Shown one piece after another: positions 33,504 to 46,200 of a stretch of DNA of 64,000 nt. The stretch covers positions 34,100,001 to 34,164,000 of the forward strand of contig CM060731.1 in assembly GCA_030704615.1 (NCBI GenBank), read 5' to 3'. The stretch's first letter is position 1. Each line of letters opens with the position of its first letter. Made by a program: the position numbers and the translations under genes. The notes beneath the pieces are model-generated. The model searched no databases and was not told the DNA's origin. It was given only the letters and a program-made list of their open reading frames with translations. This DNA is from Takakia lepidozioides (taxonomy: Eukaryota > Plantae > Bryophyta).

Positions 33504-36500
33504 TGTCGCGCACCTCACTTCGGTAAACTCCCCTTCAAGTCATAGTTACTCGCTTTGATGCGCGCGCCTGACTCCCAACCTGGCCGCCGGGCCAACTTGG
33601 AGCTTCGGCTGCTCACCGGGACATAACGGTCCCCCTTCGTTCCCCCACTAAACCCTCCACCTATTTGGGCCTAGTGGAATTCCCTTTGGTAGATGGCAGT
33701 CCGGAACAGCTCCCCACTCTTTGGTCGCTTTCCGGCTCGCTCGCTCACTCACTAGTTTTTGGTCACCAACGGGCTTGCACCGTTCTCGGGTTACTACTCC
33801 CTATATATACTTCTGTAGCTGTCCGCGGGGGTTTCACAACCAGCCATGCCATTTTATGGCGAACCACCACGAAAACCCTCGACTCCCGGTGATGAGTCGC
33901 GGTGAGTCTTGGCCCACTCATCACGGCCTCTATGGACCGTGATGAGTCCCAAGATTCCCCACGACTCCCACCACGAGGTCTCCGCCCCCATGGTGAGTCC
34001 TATGCCACCCCCACTAAGTCTCGCTAAGCTACCACCACCCCTTGTGGAGCCACCCCCCACCGCAACCCGGTGTGCGGGGCTCCACCTAGTGAGCGCCTCC
34101 GCCTCCTTGAGTGCCTTGGGCACTCAAGGGTGCTTCAGCCCCCCCATCCTATCGCTGCCGCTGCCCCCACCACAGGGGCAGCCCCTCACGTGTCCCGACC
34201 CCCCCTGCCCTCAAGGCAAAGGGCCGCGACACACACCCCTACCAACAGGGAGTCGATGTCCTCATCGACTTGTCCATTTTGTAGAAACGAACATCCAAGT
34301 TGTGGCGTCCCACATCAAGGAGTTTGTTTCCGTACCATGGCGTCCCATGGCAAAAAACCAAACCCCACACTTGACTCTACTCTCCACTAGCTAGTTCGGC
34401 CGACTTCCTCCAAGTCCCGGCCAAGGGTGGAGCCTCTCAAGCTCCTCCCAGTGCACTCTTTTTGGCCTACTTCAAGGCCAAGGAACGATCCTCCCCGAGG
34501 ATCAAATCGCCTTACTGCAACAACATTGCTTGCGACCGCTCATGATGCCGCTTTTGGCATCACCTTGAGCAAGGGTTCACCTGGAACCCTCTTTGACTAG
34601 GAAGATAACCTTGAACCAACCGTGCGCCCCAATCACTACAATTGGGTCCGCCTTGGAATGCTGGCCTGAGGTACGGGAACACGCCGAAGCCGCACTACGA
34701 CTTCGTCCCGAGGCTACACGATTATAGTACGTGAACGGAAGCACGTAGCTTCCGCGTTAGCCCGCACTACAAGGCAACCCTCTCGGTAGCGCAGTTATAG
34801 TACGCGCACACGCCAGGTGTGCGTACTAGCACGTGAACTCCCAAAGAAGGCACAAGTTTTTTTGCCCCTTGGATGGGAGTCACCCGATTTCGGCACTACG
34901 CAAACACACGGTTAACCCAATTTACCTCTCCCACTTTTATAAGCTAGCATGCATTCTACACACTAGCCAACCATACCATGCATCACCATTCCAAACAAAA
35001 TAGGACGCACAACATTTGGAAGCCATTTCATTTATAGCACGTTTTGTACAATACAAGTTTTTGCAATCGGATTCCTAAGCTAACTAAGCCGGGCTAAGCA
35101 TGCATTTCCTCCCCCACGCTCCAAGGTTGATGTCCCCATCAACGCTTCTTCCGCTTTTGAGGTCGCCCTTCGAAAACTGCAACCGCCTCGGATGCGTTTC
35201 TCATTTCTGAGGCACGCACCCAAGATGCCTCCACCTGATGATAGCCCTTCCATTTGACGAGATACTCCGTTTCTCGGTTCTTGAACCTCCTCGACTTAAG
35301 TATTGCCTCCACCCCGTACTCAGGTTCATTTTCATGATCCAACAGCATAGGTGGCGGACGCAACACTTGATGCCGATTCGGACGCGCTTCATCTTTGAAG
35401 TAAGGCTTCAAAAAGGAGACATGGAATACTGGGTGCACCTTGCTGTTTGCCGGCAGCTCCAATTCATACACATCCTCATTCATGACCTTCCGAATGCGAA
35501 AGGGTCCCGCATACAGAGGTACGAACTTCGGACTGACTTCCGGAGGTAATCGGAAATTCTTGATGTTCAACCAGACCTCTGTGCCTGCCTCAAACTTCAC
35601 TTCCCTCCACTTCCGATTCGCCTGCCTTTCATACCGTTTCCTAGTTTTGGCAATGTTGTACTTTGCGAGCTTCAACAAACGCTCGCGTTCTTCCAGTACT
35701 GCCGCTACTGCCGGTTCCTCAACGTCCTGGGCGGCCCAACTTGTCGGCACCAGAGGTGCTTTTCCATAGACCAATTTGAAAGGGGAAACTCCCGTTGCGG
35801 AGTGTTCTGTGTTATTATAACAGAACTCTGCCGCGTCTAAGTGTTCCACCCAGTCTGTTTGGTCTGCCGACACGTAATTCCGCAAGATTTGCTTCACTAC
35901 GGAATTCATTCTTTCTGTTTGGCCGTCGGTCGTAGGTCGGAAGGCGGTGCTCATCTTCAGCCTCGTCCCCATCTTCTTCCAAAGTGCCCTCCAAAATTTA
36001 CTTGTAAACTTTGGATCGCGGTCCGAGACAATATCCTTCGGGACTCCATGATGCTTTAAGACGTGGGCGAAGTAAAGTCGCCCTGTCTCCTGCGCCGTTG
36101 CCGTCTCCTTGGTGGGGATGAAATGGCCCATTTTACTGAACCTATCCACCACCACCATGATTGCATCGAATCCTTTTGACAGCGGCATAGCAGTGATGAA
36201 ATCCATCGAGACGCTTTCCCAAGTCCCCTTTGGAATCGGCAAAGGTTGTAACAGCCCCGCTTGCTTTTTGTACTCGCTCCGGTTTTGTTGGCATGTGGTG
36301 CATGTCTTGACATACTCCTCTGCCTCCTCCCTCAGTTTGGGCCAGAAATACTCTTTCTTCAAGAGTGCCGCAGTGCGCTTGGCTCCGCCGTGGCCCGCAA
36401 GCGGGCTATCATGGCATTCTCTCAAAAGGCTATCTCTGATCCCTCCCTTCGGCACGTAGAGACGCTTTTGTTTATACCGGAGCAGTCCATTTTGCAAGTG

Positions 36501-39500
36501 GAACTGCGATTTAACCCCCATCCTCAAGTCCTGCATCACGGACTTCGCCAGCTCATCCTTCCGACAAGCCTTCCGGATCTTCCTTTGGAGCGTCGTCTCG
36601 TTCTTGTACACCAACAAGAGCTGCTGCTTTCTACTTAAAGCATCGGCCACCACGTTGTCTCGCCCCGGTTTGTACTGGATATCCACGTCGAACACCGCCA
36701 AAGTATCTTGCCACCTAAGTTGTTTTGGGGACAACTTGGGCTGCGTGGTAAAATACTTCACCGTGACATTATCCGTGAACACCTTCACTGGGTTGGAACC
36801 AACATAGTGGCGCCAAAGCTCAAGACAGTGCACCACCGCCTTCATCTCTTTCTCGTGCGTCGGCCACCGTCGCTCCACTTCATTCAGTTTCTTACTTTCG
36901 TAAGCCACTGGACGTCCATCTTGCATCAGTACACCCCCAATCGCGAAGTCCGACGCATCTGTATGTATCTCGAACGGACGATCGAACTCCGGGATTTTCA
37001 AGACTGAAGCTTCCGCCATCCGCTGCTTCGATTCAGCAAAAGCTTGGCCACAAAAGGTGTTTCATGCCCAGACTTTAGATTTACACAGAAGGTCTGACAA
37101 CGGCCCCGCGATCTTGGCAAAATTTCTCACATACTTCCGGTAATAGGAGGCGAGTCCAAGGAAGGATCGCACTCCCGGGACCGAAGTCGGAGGCTCCCAG
37201 TCCCAGATCGCCCCCACCTTTCTGTCATCCATTTTGATCCCATCCTGTGTAATCACATGCCTCAAGAACTCCACTTTTGTGACCCCGAATTCGCACTTTG
37301 AAGCTTTGGCATACAGCTTCCCTTCCCGCAATTTCTGGAACACCCTTTTGAGGTGCTCCAGGTGCTCCTCCTTTGTTTTCGAATACACCAAGATGTCGTC
37401 GATGTACACAATCACAAAGTCATCCAACCACTCCTGGAAAAGGCTGTTCATCAGCGTGCTAAATGTCGCTGGTGCATTGGTGAGCCCAAAAGGCATCACC
37501 AAGAACTCATATGAACCATACCTTGTCCTGCACACGGTCTTCTCCTCATCTCCTTCCGCCACTCGAATTTGATGATAGTCGGAGCGCAGATCGATCCGGC
37601 TAAAATACTTCGCTCCTGCCAACCGATCGAAAAGGTCGTCGATCCTTGGCAAAGGGTACCGATTTTTTATAGTCACCTTATTCAGAGCCTTGTAATTGAC
37701 ACACATCCGCAGCGTCCCATCATTTTTATCTGCAAATAGCACCGGGGCTCCGTAAGGTGACTTACTCGGCCGGATGTACCCCTTTGACATTAGATCTTTG
37801 AACTGAGTCTTCAGCTCGACCAACTCTTTGTGGCTCAACCGGTAGGGCGCCTTGGCAGGCGGTTCCGATCCCGGTATCACCTCAATCTTGTGGGCAACTC
37901 CTCTTCGCGGTGGCAAGCCGCTTGGCAAATCCTCCGGCATCACATCATGGTATTTCTCCAAAATCCCCTTGATCCAATCTGGGCTCGGCTCTCCATCGCC
38001 TTCTCCCTTCACTTCTCTAATGTAGAGCAAAAACTGGGGCTCGTGTGCCTCCTCCACGGCCCACTCCCTTGCTGATAGAAGGTTTATTCGCCCTCCCACG
38101 GGTTTGGGCGTTTCCGAAACTCGTAAGACCTCGCCACCATTCCAACATGGCAGCGTGACTACCCTCTTGCGGCCATCTATGACCACTCCGGATTTGCTCA
38201 AAAAGGTCATCCCCAAAATGAGATCCACTCCATCGATCTCGCAGACGGTGAAGTTCTCACGTCCCTCCCAACTCCCCAGTTGAAGAGGAACATCGAACGC
38301 CAACCTCGTCGCCAATTGCGGTTCTCCTTTGGCAGAACGCACCTCAATAGAGGCCCCTACGTCAGTTGTCGGGAGTCCCAGCTTTTGTGCCGTTGCCGGT
38401 GTCATGAAGGAGTGCGACGCTCCTGTGTCCACCAACAATGACACGTTAGTTCCGGATATTATCCCATCCACAATCAATAAGTGACTCCCTTTACGCAATG
38501 CGCCAGTTTCCTGATACAACTCACAAGAATATTTGCCTACCTTGCAAGTCCTGGCGACCACCGCTTCCACCAAGCGACTGATGGTATCTTCCGACAGTTC
38601 TGTGGTCGCCCGAGTTATGTTCAATTGCCGGGGCTTCGTGCACTTCTTGGCCATGTGCCCGGGCTCCCCACAATTGAAACACACTCCATCAAAGGTTGTC
38701 TTCTGTCCGCCATAGGCCGCTCCACCCGCTTTTCCTTTCGAAGCACCGGGTGCCGCCTTGACTTGTGATGGCCCTCCCTTCGATTTCCACATGCTGTTGT
38801 CGCCGCGTGGCCTATCCCACTTCTTTTCCGGTCGGAAGGAGTCACCTTCCCGCCGGGTCTTCTTGTGGTTCAGCTCCGTACGGCCTTGTCTTTCACCCCT
38901 AGGTACATCTGAGAAACATTCAGCCCTCTCAATTGCCTCGTTCAAAGTCTTAGGTGGCTTCTCCTCCAACTTCCGCCTGGCCCATGGGGCCAACCCCGCC
39001 ACAAAGTTGAAGACCATTTCTGGTTCCGCCATATCCGCGACTTCGAGCAACAGCACATTGAAAGCCTGGACATATCCCCGAATGTCATCTGTTTGCTTCA
39101 AATTCCTCATCTTGTCCCGGGCAAGCCAGGACGCATTGAGGGGCACAAACTGTCTCTTCATCAATTCCTTGAACCCACTCCAGTTCAAGGTTTCCGGACA
39201 TGGACCTCGGTCGTGAAGGCGTTTCTGCCACCATTGTTGAGCATAGCCCCTCAAATAGGTGGGAGCCACTTCCACCCGATCCTCGTCACTCAACTTGGCC
39301 GCCCGGAAGTACTGCTCTAGCTCCAGGAGCCAGGTGTTGAGTGCCTTCCGATTTCGGACGCCCTCGAAGGTGCCGGGTTCCTTAGGCTTCACCTTAAATT
39401 TTGCCTTAGTGGAAGTGGCATTAGCCGCCTTCAACACGTCTTTCAACGTCCCGCCAAACTTCGCTTTCCGGCTCGCTCGCTCACTCACTAGTTTTTGGTC

Positions 39501-39967
39501 ACCAACGGACTTGCACCGTTCTCGGGGTTACTACTCCCTATATATACTTATGTAGCTGTCCGCGGGGGTTTCACAACCAGCCATGCCATTTTATGGCGAA
39601 CCACCACGAAAACCCTCGACTCCCGGTGATGAGTCGCGGTGAGTCTTGGCCCACTCATCACGGCCCCTATGGACCGTGATGAGTCCCAAGACTCCCCACG
39701 ACTCCCACCACGAGGTCTCCGCCCCCATGGTGAGTCCTATGTCACCCCCACTAAGTCCCGCTAAGCTACCACCACCCCTTGTGGAGCCACCCCCACCGCA
39801 ACCCGGTGTGTGGGGCTCCACCTAGTGAGCGCCTCCGCCTCCTTGAGTGCCTTGGGCACTCAAGGGTGCTTCAGCCCCCCCATCCTATCGCTGCCGCTGC
39901 CCCCACCACAGGGGCAGCCCCTCACGTGTCCCGACCCCCCCTGCCCTCAAGGCAAAGGGCCGCGACA
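33504..39967 (-). mobile_element. Ty3/gypsy chromovirus element A (possibly Galadriel-like); 5' LTR/PBS deleted
   Basis: TG..CA ends, TSD ACATC (33499-33503 and 39968-39972), 3' LTR 33504-34231, truncated 5' LTR 39461-39967. gag ([14 protein letters not shown]), protease (LVDTGAS), RT (YIDD), RNase H, integrase, chromodomain. Confidence 0.95.
35139..39488 (-). pseudogene. gag-pol of element A with one in-frame premature stop (TGG>TGA at 37062-37064)
   Basis: ORFs 39488-37062 and 37019-35139 are in the same frame. Sibling element B has Trp at this codon. Confidence 0.9.
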
Positions 39968-40266
39968 ACATCGCACAAAGTTATGAAGAACACACATTTT
40001 TGGGATATGAATAGCAGGTGTGGCATAGCCTGGAACCACCACGTGGCTTCCGTAGACTGGCCAGCCCAGCTTGGCGCTGGATTTAGCGTGACCCCGGTGG
40101 ACATCCTTCCGCCAAACTCCACGCCATGAGCAGCTTGGTGGGGCCGATGGCGGGACACCGTTGGAGATGCTTTAAGGCGTCAGCTCAAGCTGTAAGAATA
40201 AACAATCTTGCATGCAACAATACTAAAAACAGTGACACTTTTGTTGTATGCAGTTGGAGGTGAGAA

Positions 40267-41322
40267 TATTCGTACAAGGTTGTAAGCTTCTCTCAAGTCG
40301 ATCTTTGTGAAAAAATTTGTTCATCCAAGTTGTTCGATGAGTCCGGAAATCAATGGTAGTGGATAACGATTTTTTTTAGTGATTTTGTTGAGCCCATGAT
40401 AGTCCACACACATGCGTAACGATCCGTCCTTCTTCTTCACAAATAATATAGGTGCTCTCGCGGGTGATTTTGAATGTCGATGCATCTCTCTAACGGTTTC
40501 AACGTCTCTAGATACACACTATTGGCTGCATTCTAAGTTAATTTTAAACCTTATTTGATTTCAAACAATTTAGAAAAAGGGCTCAAAAGAAGAGAACATG
40601 ACTGAACACAAACAAGAGTTTAGACTAGAGGTACAAGATTAGACAAGAAGTCAAGGTCGGCGTGGCCGAGTGCATGGTGGATAAACATGAATCAAGATGA
40701 TCTTTATAAAAATGGACAAGAGTACAAGATACTGGAGCTTGACTCGAATACTAGAATGCTGGAAACTGGACTGGGGTACCAGATACTGGAAACTGGACTA
40801 GAGTACTAGGACTGGGAACAAGAGTAGCTTGAACTTGTGTTAGCGAGACTGAAGAGTGTCCAGTCTCGCCTCCTATATATACTGGCTACTAAGAAGCTTC
40901 CCTAATAAGCTTCCCCTATGGAGGTTTCTTGCTGGAGAAGTTTCCAAGATTAAACAAAGGTTTCTTGATGGAGAAGTTTCCTCCAAATGAAGCTTCATGA
41001 GTAGTTTCCCAAGTTACTCTTGGTAATTTGATAAACTCCCAGTAACTTGGTAAATAATGGTAAATCATGATAGATCATGGTGAATCACAGTAAGTCATGG
41101 TAACTTTCGGTAACATTGTAACTGGAGAAGTTTCATCCAAAAGAAGCTTCATGAGCAGTTTCCCAAGTTACTCTTGGTAATTTGGTAAACTCCCGGTAAT
41201 TTGGTAAGTAATTGATAAATCATGATAGATCATGGTAAATCATGGTAATTTTTGGTAATATTGTAACTTGGTAACTTCTGGTATTTACTCCTGGTAAGTT
41301 CCTCTGGGCTATGTCCGTGACA
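40267..41322 (-). mobile_element. Inverted 5' part of gypsy element C: 5' LTR (~40583-41322) plus N-terminal RT fragment
   Basis: The LTR is the reverse complement of 49457-49771 plus 54760-55039, with an extra ~147-bp internal duplication. 40485-40267 encodes [38 protein letters not shown]. Confidence 0.85.
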
Positions 41323-44300
41323 GTGCCTGCACATGCCCCTGAACCATCAGAATATGTGTAAATTGTTAAGTCTTCCATTTATGCGCCTGTAAGTAGAGAG
41401 GAGGCCAGACAAGCCTTTGTGGCAACTTTGTTGTTGCTCAAATCCGACATAGTGGTGTCTCCCAAACCCACACATGTTGTATGCCCAGGTCTGAGCTATC
41501 TGATGAAGTTCAAGTTGTTACCGGAGAGGTTCTCTTCTTTGGAGGATCTTTTTTTCTTGGACCGACTTGTAACACTTGTGGCGAGCTTTGAATTTTCAGA
41601 CGTCATGATGGGCAATGCCTACGGTGAATGGTGTGTCAAGCAGATGGTAATAGAGAGAAGACTCCGGCCGAAGCCAACGTAACTAAGAGGCACTTCGTCT
41701 TGCGGCTACTGCCCCCTTTCGAGGGTGGGCCCTATAAAGATGACAGGACACCAGGTAACCAGGGGTATGAGGTACCTAGGGTACCCAGGGGTACCCTGGG
41801 GTACCAAAGATGGATTCGAGTTTTCACTTGTTAGTTATGATAGCTGTAAGGGATTTGAAGCGTCGTGAGGTGGATGTCCTTGAAGCATGTATGAATGGAG
41901 ATGATGGGGAGTTTAAAGTTGTCTTGAAGTGTTGAGATGTTGTCATTGTGTATGCCACCTCTGGTGCCAACGGAGATGATGGAGAGTGGGCCGGTGGCTC
42001 ACCCTTGCCGGCGAATAGCTAGGATAAACTGGGCGTATTTATGACGTTTTTCAAGGATGGAGGTAGACGGGAAGCAGTCGTGGCAGTACGTAAATTCGAT
42101 GAAGTGTATGATGAGTGATGGGGAAGAAGTAGAGGGTGGGGGGGCATTTATGGGGAGTCCCTAAACTAATAGAATGTCCGGGCAAAGTCTTGCGGGGCAT
42201 GTGCATGTAACGTGGGGTTGACAAATACAGGGTAATAGCCAGGTAGGTACTGTGTGGTCTAGGGGTCTGCCTTGGTAAGTGTCCGCATTGATGAGTGAGA
42301 ACCATCTGGTTTCTTTATGTTGTTGTAATAGTTTGTGGAAGTGCCATACAGTGATGGTAATACCTATTATTCTTCATGACCTGCACCCTTATTATTTGTT
42401 CGTTATCATGTGTACATGTCATGGAGTTCTTTGCTTCCATGATTTACTCTTATGTTCTAATGTACAATTGGTCTGCTATGCCGGGGGAGCAACATGTTGC
42501 ACCTCCCAGGGAGAAGACAATTGTGGAGAAGACATTGGATACATTTGCCATGGAGTATCTTGTGACCATGCACTACATACCAGCAGTGCAAGGATGTTGT
42601 TGCACATCACAAGTACACTACCCCATTGATGGATTCTGAATTGAAGGTTGTTGCAGCTCAACCTGAGTTAGAGGAGTATAGTACTGCGTTTGTGGTATAG
42701 TATGGCAAAATGGGATAGGTATGTATATGAAGAAAAACATGAGGTTAAATGGGGCTGGTCCCACTCTATACCAAATTATCAAGACGGATGACATATCATA
42801 GGTGTTCCCTAACATGTTTACACATTCAGAGGATAGTGAAGCCCAGAAGTTGATGGATATTCTAGCGGTGAGTCGGAGAACCTCTTACTGTTCGAAGACT
42901 TCGATGTTTGTATGGGTCTTGCGTCTCATTTGGATGTATTCACACGGGGTGGCTTCTTACCCACCAGGTATGTCCTTACAGTGCTTGTTTATTATATGTT
43001 GTTGCCGTAAGTAGTAACAAAACTGTCAGCTTGAAGTTTCATGTTTTTTATTTCACTGTTGCATTTTAATGCTGATTTGTACTTATTTGTTGATTTTTAT
43101 TCCTTTGTGGATTCAAGCATTCAAGCAAGTATTTCATTCCTCAAATGTAATGTGCATAGTGCAGGATGTTTGGACTAAGGCAATCCAAGCATGAAAGATG
43201 CATTGAATTCAACCCAACACAGCCAACATGCTGTCCACAATACTAGCTGGCATTGAGCTGACAAGGCCCCTTTTGCTTCAAATGACACGTAGAAGTGGGG
43301 TATCCTCAAGCGACAGCACACAGACCCCCTCCTTGCCTGTCCCACCAGTAGAAAAATGGGGACACTCGTTCTTGCTGCTAACCTATCATCCACAAGCAGA
43401 TCATGAAGTTCAGTTGGCGGAAGATGTATCAGGACATGTTCATAGGCTCTAGCCCGAAGACAATGTGCCTGCTAATTAACGAGCGTGTGAGGACATTGTT
43501 TGCCCACTACTAGGTCCCGTGACTCAACTGTGCAGTCTGGGACTTCTTGAATTGATTGAACTGCCTCTGTCTGTGGCGTATTTCGATTGAGAAAAAGATT
43601 ATCTAAGTCCTCCCCCAATTAGTGTACGTTATCCAACTACTGATGGTCTCATTAATGTATCTGCAGCGCCCAACATTGCCTTCATTGTCGTCCACAATGA
43701 AGGTATTGGGGCGTCAGTCCACTTTTCATGCTTTTCATTTGTTGGTGTAGTGCCTCCATCCATGGCCGCAGATCCATGGTTTTGCACCTAACCGTTATAA
43801 TATACGCAAATGGAATGCCATTCAACCACTCATCAAAACACCATTATGGTGTATAAGGGATACGGCAACAATAGTAATGTGAAACAAGACTTACACATGC
43901 TGATTTGCATATGGACTCGAGGGAAAACACACAACATTTTATGTACAATACATTTTCAGATGTTTAAAAACATTGTGGTTCAAAGACAAACCTTTTTTTT
44001 TCATTTTTGTCCCAAAAATTGTGTCACACGCCATTATTCGAGAGAATGTCAGTGCTTGACCATCGTTTTTTTGGCCAATCAGTTTGTATGCCGAGCACAA
44101 ATGGGAGGTCCAGTTTCCGGTCATTCGAAGTCCATGTAAGGTGATTTTACTCTTCTTGGTAGTAGAAAATTCGCCTCAACCCACATTCGAATAGTACGTG
44201 CATCGCTTGAGTGCTTTTTAGATGTTTATTCATCGCACTTGTTGGCAATATTTCAAATGTCCCAAGAAAGAACGAAGGCATTTCCCTCACCCGCTGTGTG

Positions 44301-45738
44301 TGCTTCGTCATTATCTTATTGATGCTTAGTTCTAGATGCAAGTTGTGCAAAACCTATGCTTTCATTTCGTCGCTGAGGTGGGGAGCTAATGCAACACGTC
44401 CAATTTCATGTGCAGGCCCATGGCAGAACTCTCCAACTCCTTTGATATGTCTCTTCTCATAATACACGAGCTCCGTAATTTCAGGGTCCGCATAACATTG
44501 CTTTCATTACAACCGACACATGCATCCCCTCTTGATGCCTTCCCCCGATTTCATTTTTGTGGTCCTGACTTGTTTAGGCTTCTGCTCAGTAGAAGAGCCC
44601 GTGACTCTTGGCTGCCTCCCCTTCTCTCTTGGGAGGTCGTGCTCACCATTTCTTGGCTGCCATGGCGGCTGTAACCTCCAAGAGGGCACTAGTCTTCTCA
44701 TCTGGCCCATATGAGCAGTGATACCTGCTACATTAAATGACCTTCCAATACAAGGGGATGCACAGATGCAATGAAGACAATCGATACTACCGTAATACAT
44801 AGAAGCCAGAAACAGCTTGTACCTTGTTATACTTAAGACACTGTTTGTGCGTGGAGCTTAAAGAGATCCTTTCGAACAGCCTTTTTGCCAATGTCTGTGG
44901 AAAGTGCATGGGCTGTAGGGACGGGAGGACTCCCCGGTGATGAAATCATTCATGCGATTCCATGGAATGTAGGCTACTTCGGCATTGTCTTTTCCGGTAG
45001 GCTTGCCATGCCAATTGGAAATGCCATTGTACACATTATGATGGAAAGCACTTGGGTTCGGGTATTGCAATTGGTTTCGGAGTTTGCAAACAAGATGGGG
45101 GACAATTTCTTCTTTTCTTTTTTCTTTAGACATGATGATCATTCATGCACAATTGGGTTGTACGGGTGATATACGTTGCTATGTTGGGTTGCACTATTGG
45201 GTTGCACGGGTGATATACGTTGCTATGTTGGGTTGCACTATTGGGTTGCACGGGTGATAGACGTTGCACTGGTGCATGAACGGTGACAGGACAATTTGGG
45301 GATGAGGATGAGGGAAGGATGACAATGGAGAGACATCGACGATGACGTGCATTCATTGCGAACGGCAACGACGATTAACAAAATATATATTTCAAGTTCA
45401 AATTTGAATTTAGAATCTCATGTATCGCTACGCGTCGTGTATGACCAAGCCTAGATCACCATGTGTCCATATCCATTGGCATGATGGGACGATGGTGTTA
45501 CATGAATTATGTATTTCAGGGATGATGGGAGGATGGTGTGTTATATGAGTAATGTATTACGGCTTCAATCGAGAGTGGCGGCGGGCGGGCATGCAAATGG
45601 GGAGGAACACATTGCGGCGATTGCGGCCAGTGCAAGAGCCATCATGGGGGGTGAGGCGGCAGGGGAGGGGCGGGCCACGTAGGCACTAGGCGCACTCATT
45701 CATGCCGCATTCAACTCCGGGTCTTTTCTATTACTTGG
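41323..45738 (-). mobile_element. MULE-like (SWIM-family transposase) remnant, left arm with ~300-bp terminal repeat at ~45450-45738
   Basis: Decayed frames AYIPWNRMNDFITGE, IKRGCMC..YYEKRH..FCHG..APHLSDE and MACDTIFGT resemble plant SWIM/MULE proteins. The terminal repeat is shared with ~62790-63117. Confidence 0.6.
45155..45270. repeat. ~44-bp tandem repeat (about 2.5 copies)
   Basis: ttgggttgcacgggtgatatacgttgctatgttgggttgcacta is repeated. Confidence 0.8.
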
Positions 45739-45779
45739 CCCTTTTATAGCGGGGTGGCCTATAATGGGTGACATTCAAC

Positions 45780-46200
45780 AAAGCCACGTGTAGGTGCGCA
45801 TCCTTGAACCTGGAAGGCCAGTAGTAACCTGCCCTTAAAACCTTTTGCACGGTGAGTCGCCCCACAAAGTGTCCTCCGCACATGCTATCATGAGCTGACT
45901 CTAAAATTTGAGGAACCTCCTCCGGAGTGATGCATCGCCTCAAGAGTCCATCCAATCCCGTTCTATAAAGTTGTCCTCCCACAAGGGCAAACTTCATACT
46001 GCGCAACCAGAGTCGCCTCCGTGTGTGTCGATCCATCCCCGATGGGTGTTCCATAGTACTGAGGTACTGAGCAATGTGCTCATACCATGAAGAAACTGAC
46101 TCAATTGAGAACATGAATGCATCCGGGAAATCATCGTCAATAGGCTCATCTCCTGTCTTCACTGACAACCTAGAGAGATGGTCGGCCTGTGCATTGAGCC
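45780..46200 (-). mobile_element. Fragment of a non-chromovirus gypsy pol (RNase H end to integrase Zn domain)
   Basis: ADHLSRL..IDDDFPD..WYEHIAQYL..LRRCI..AHDSMCGGHF..KVLRAGYYWP. Confidence 0.8.
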
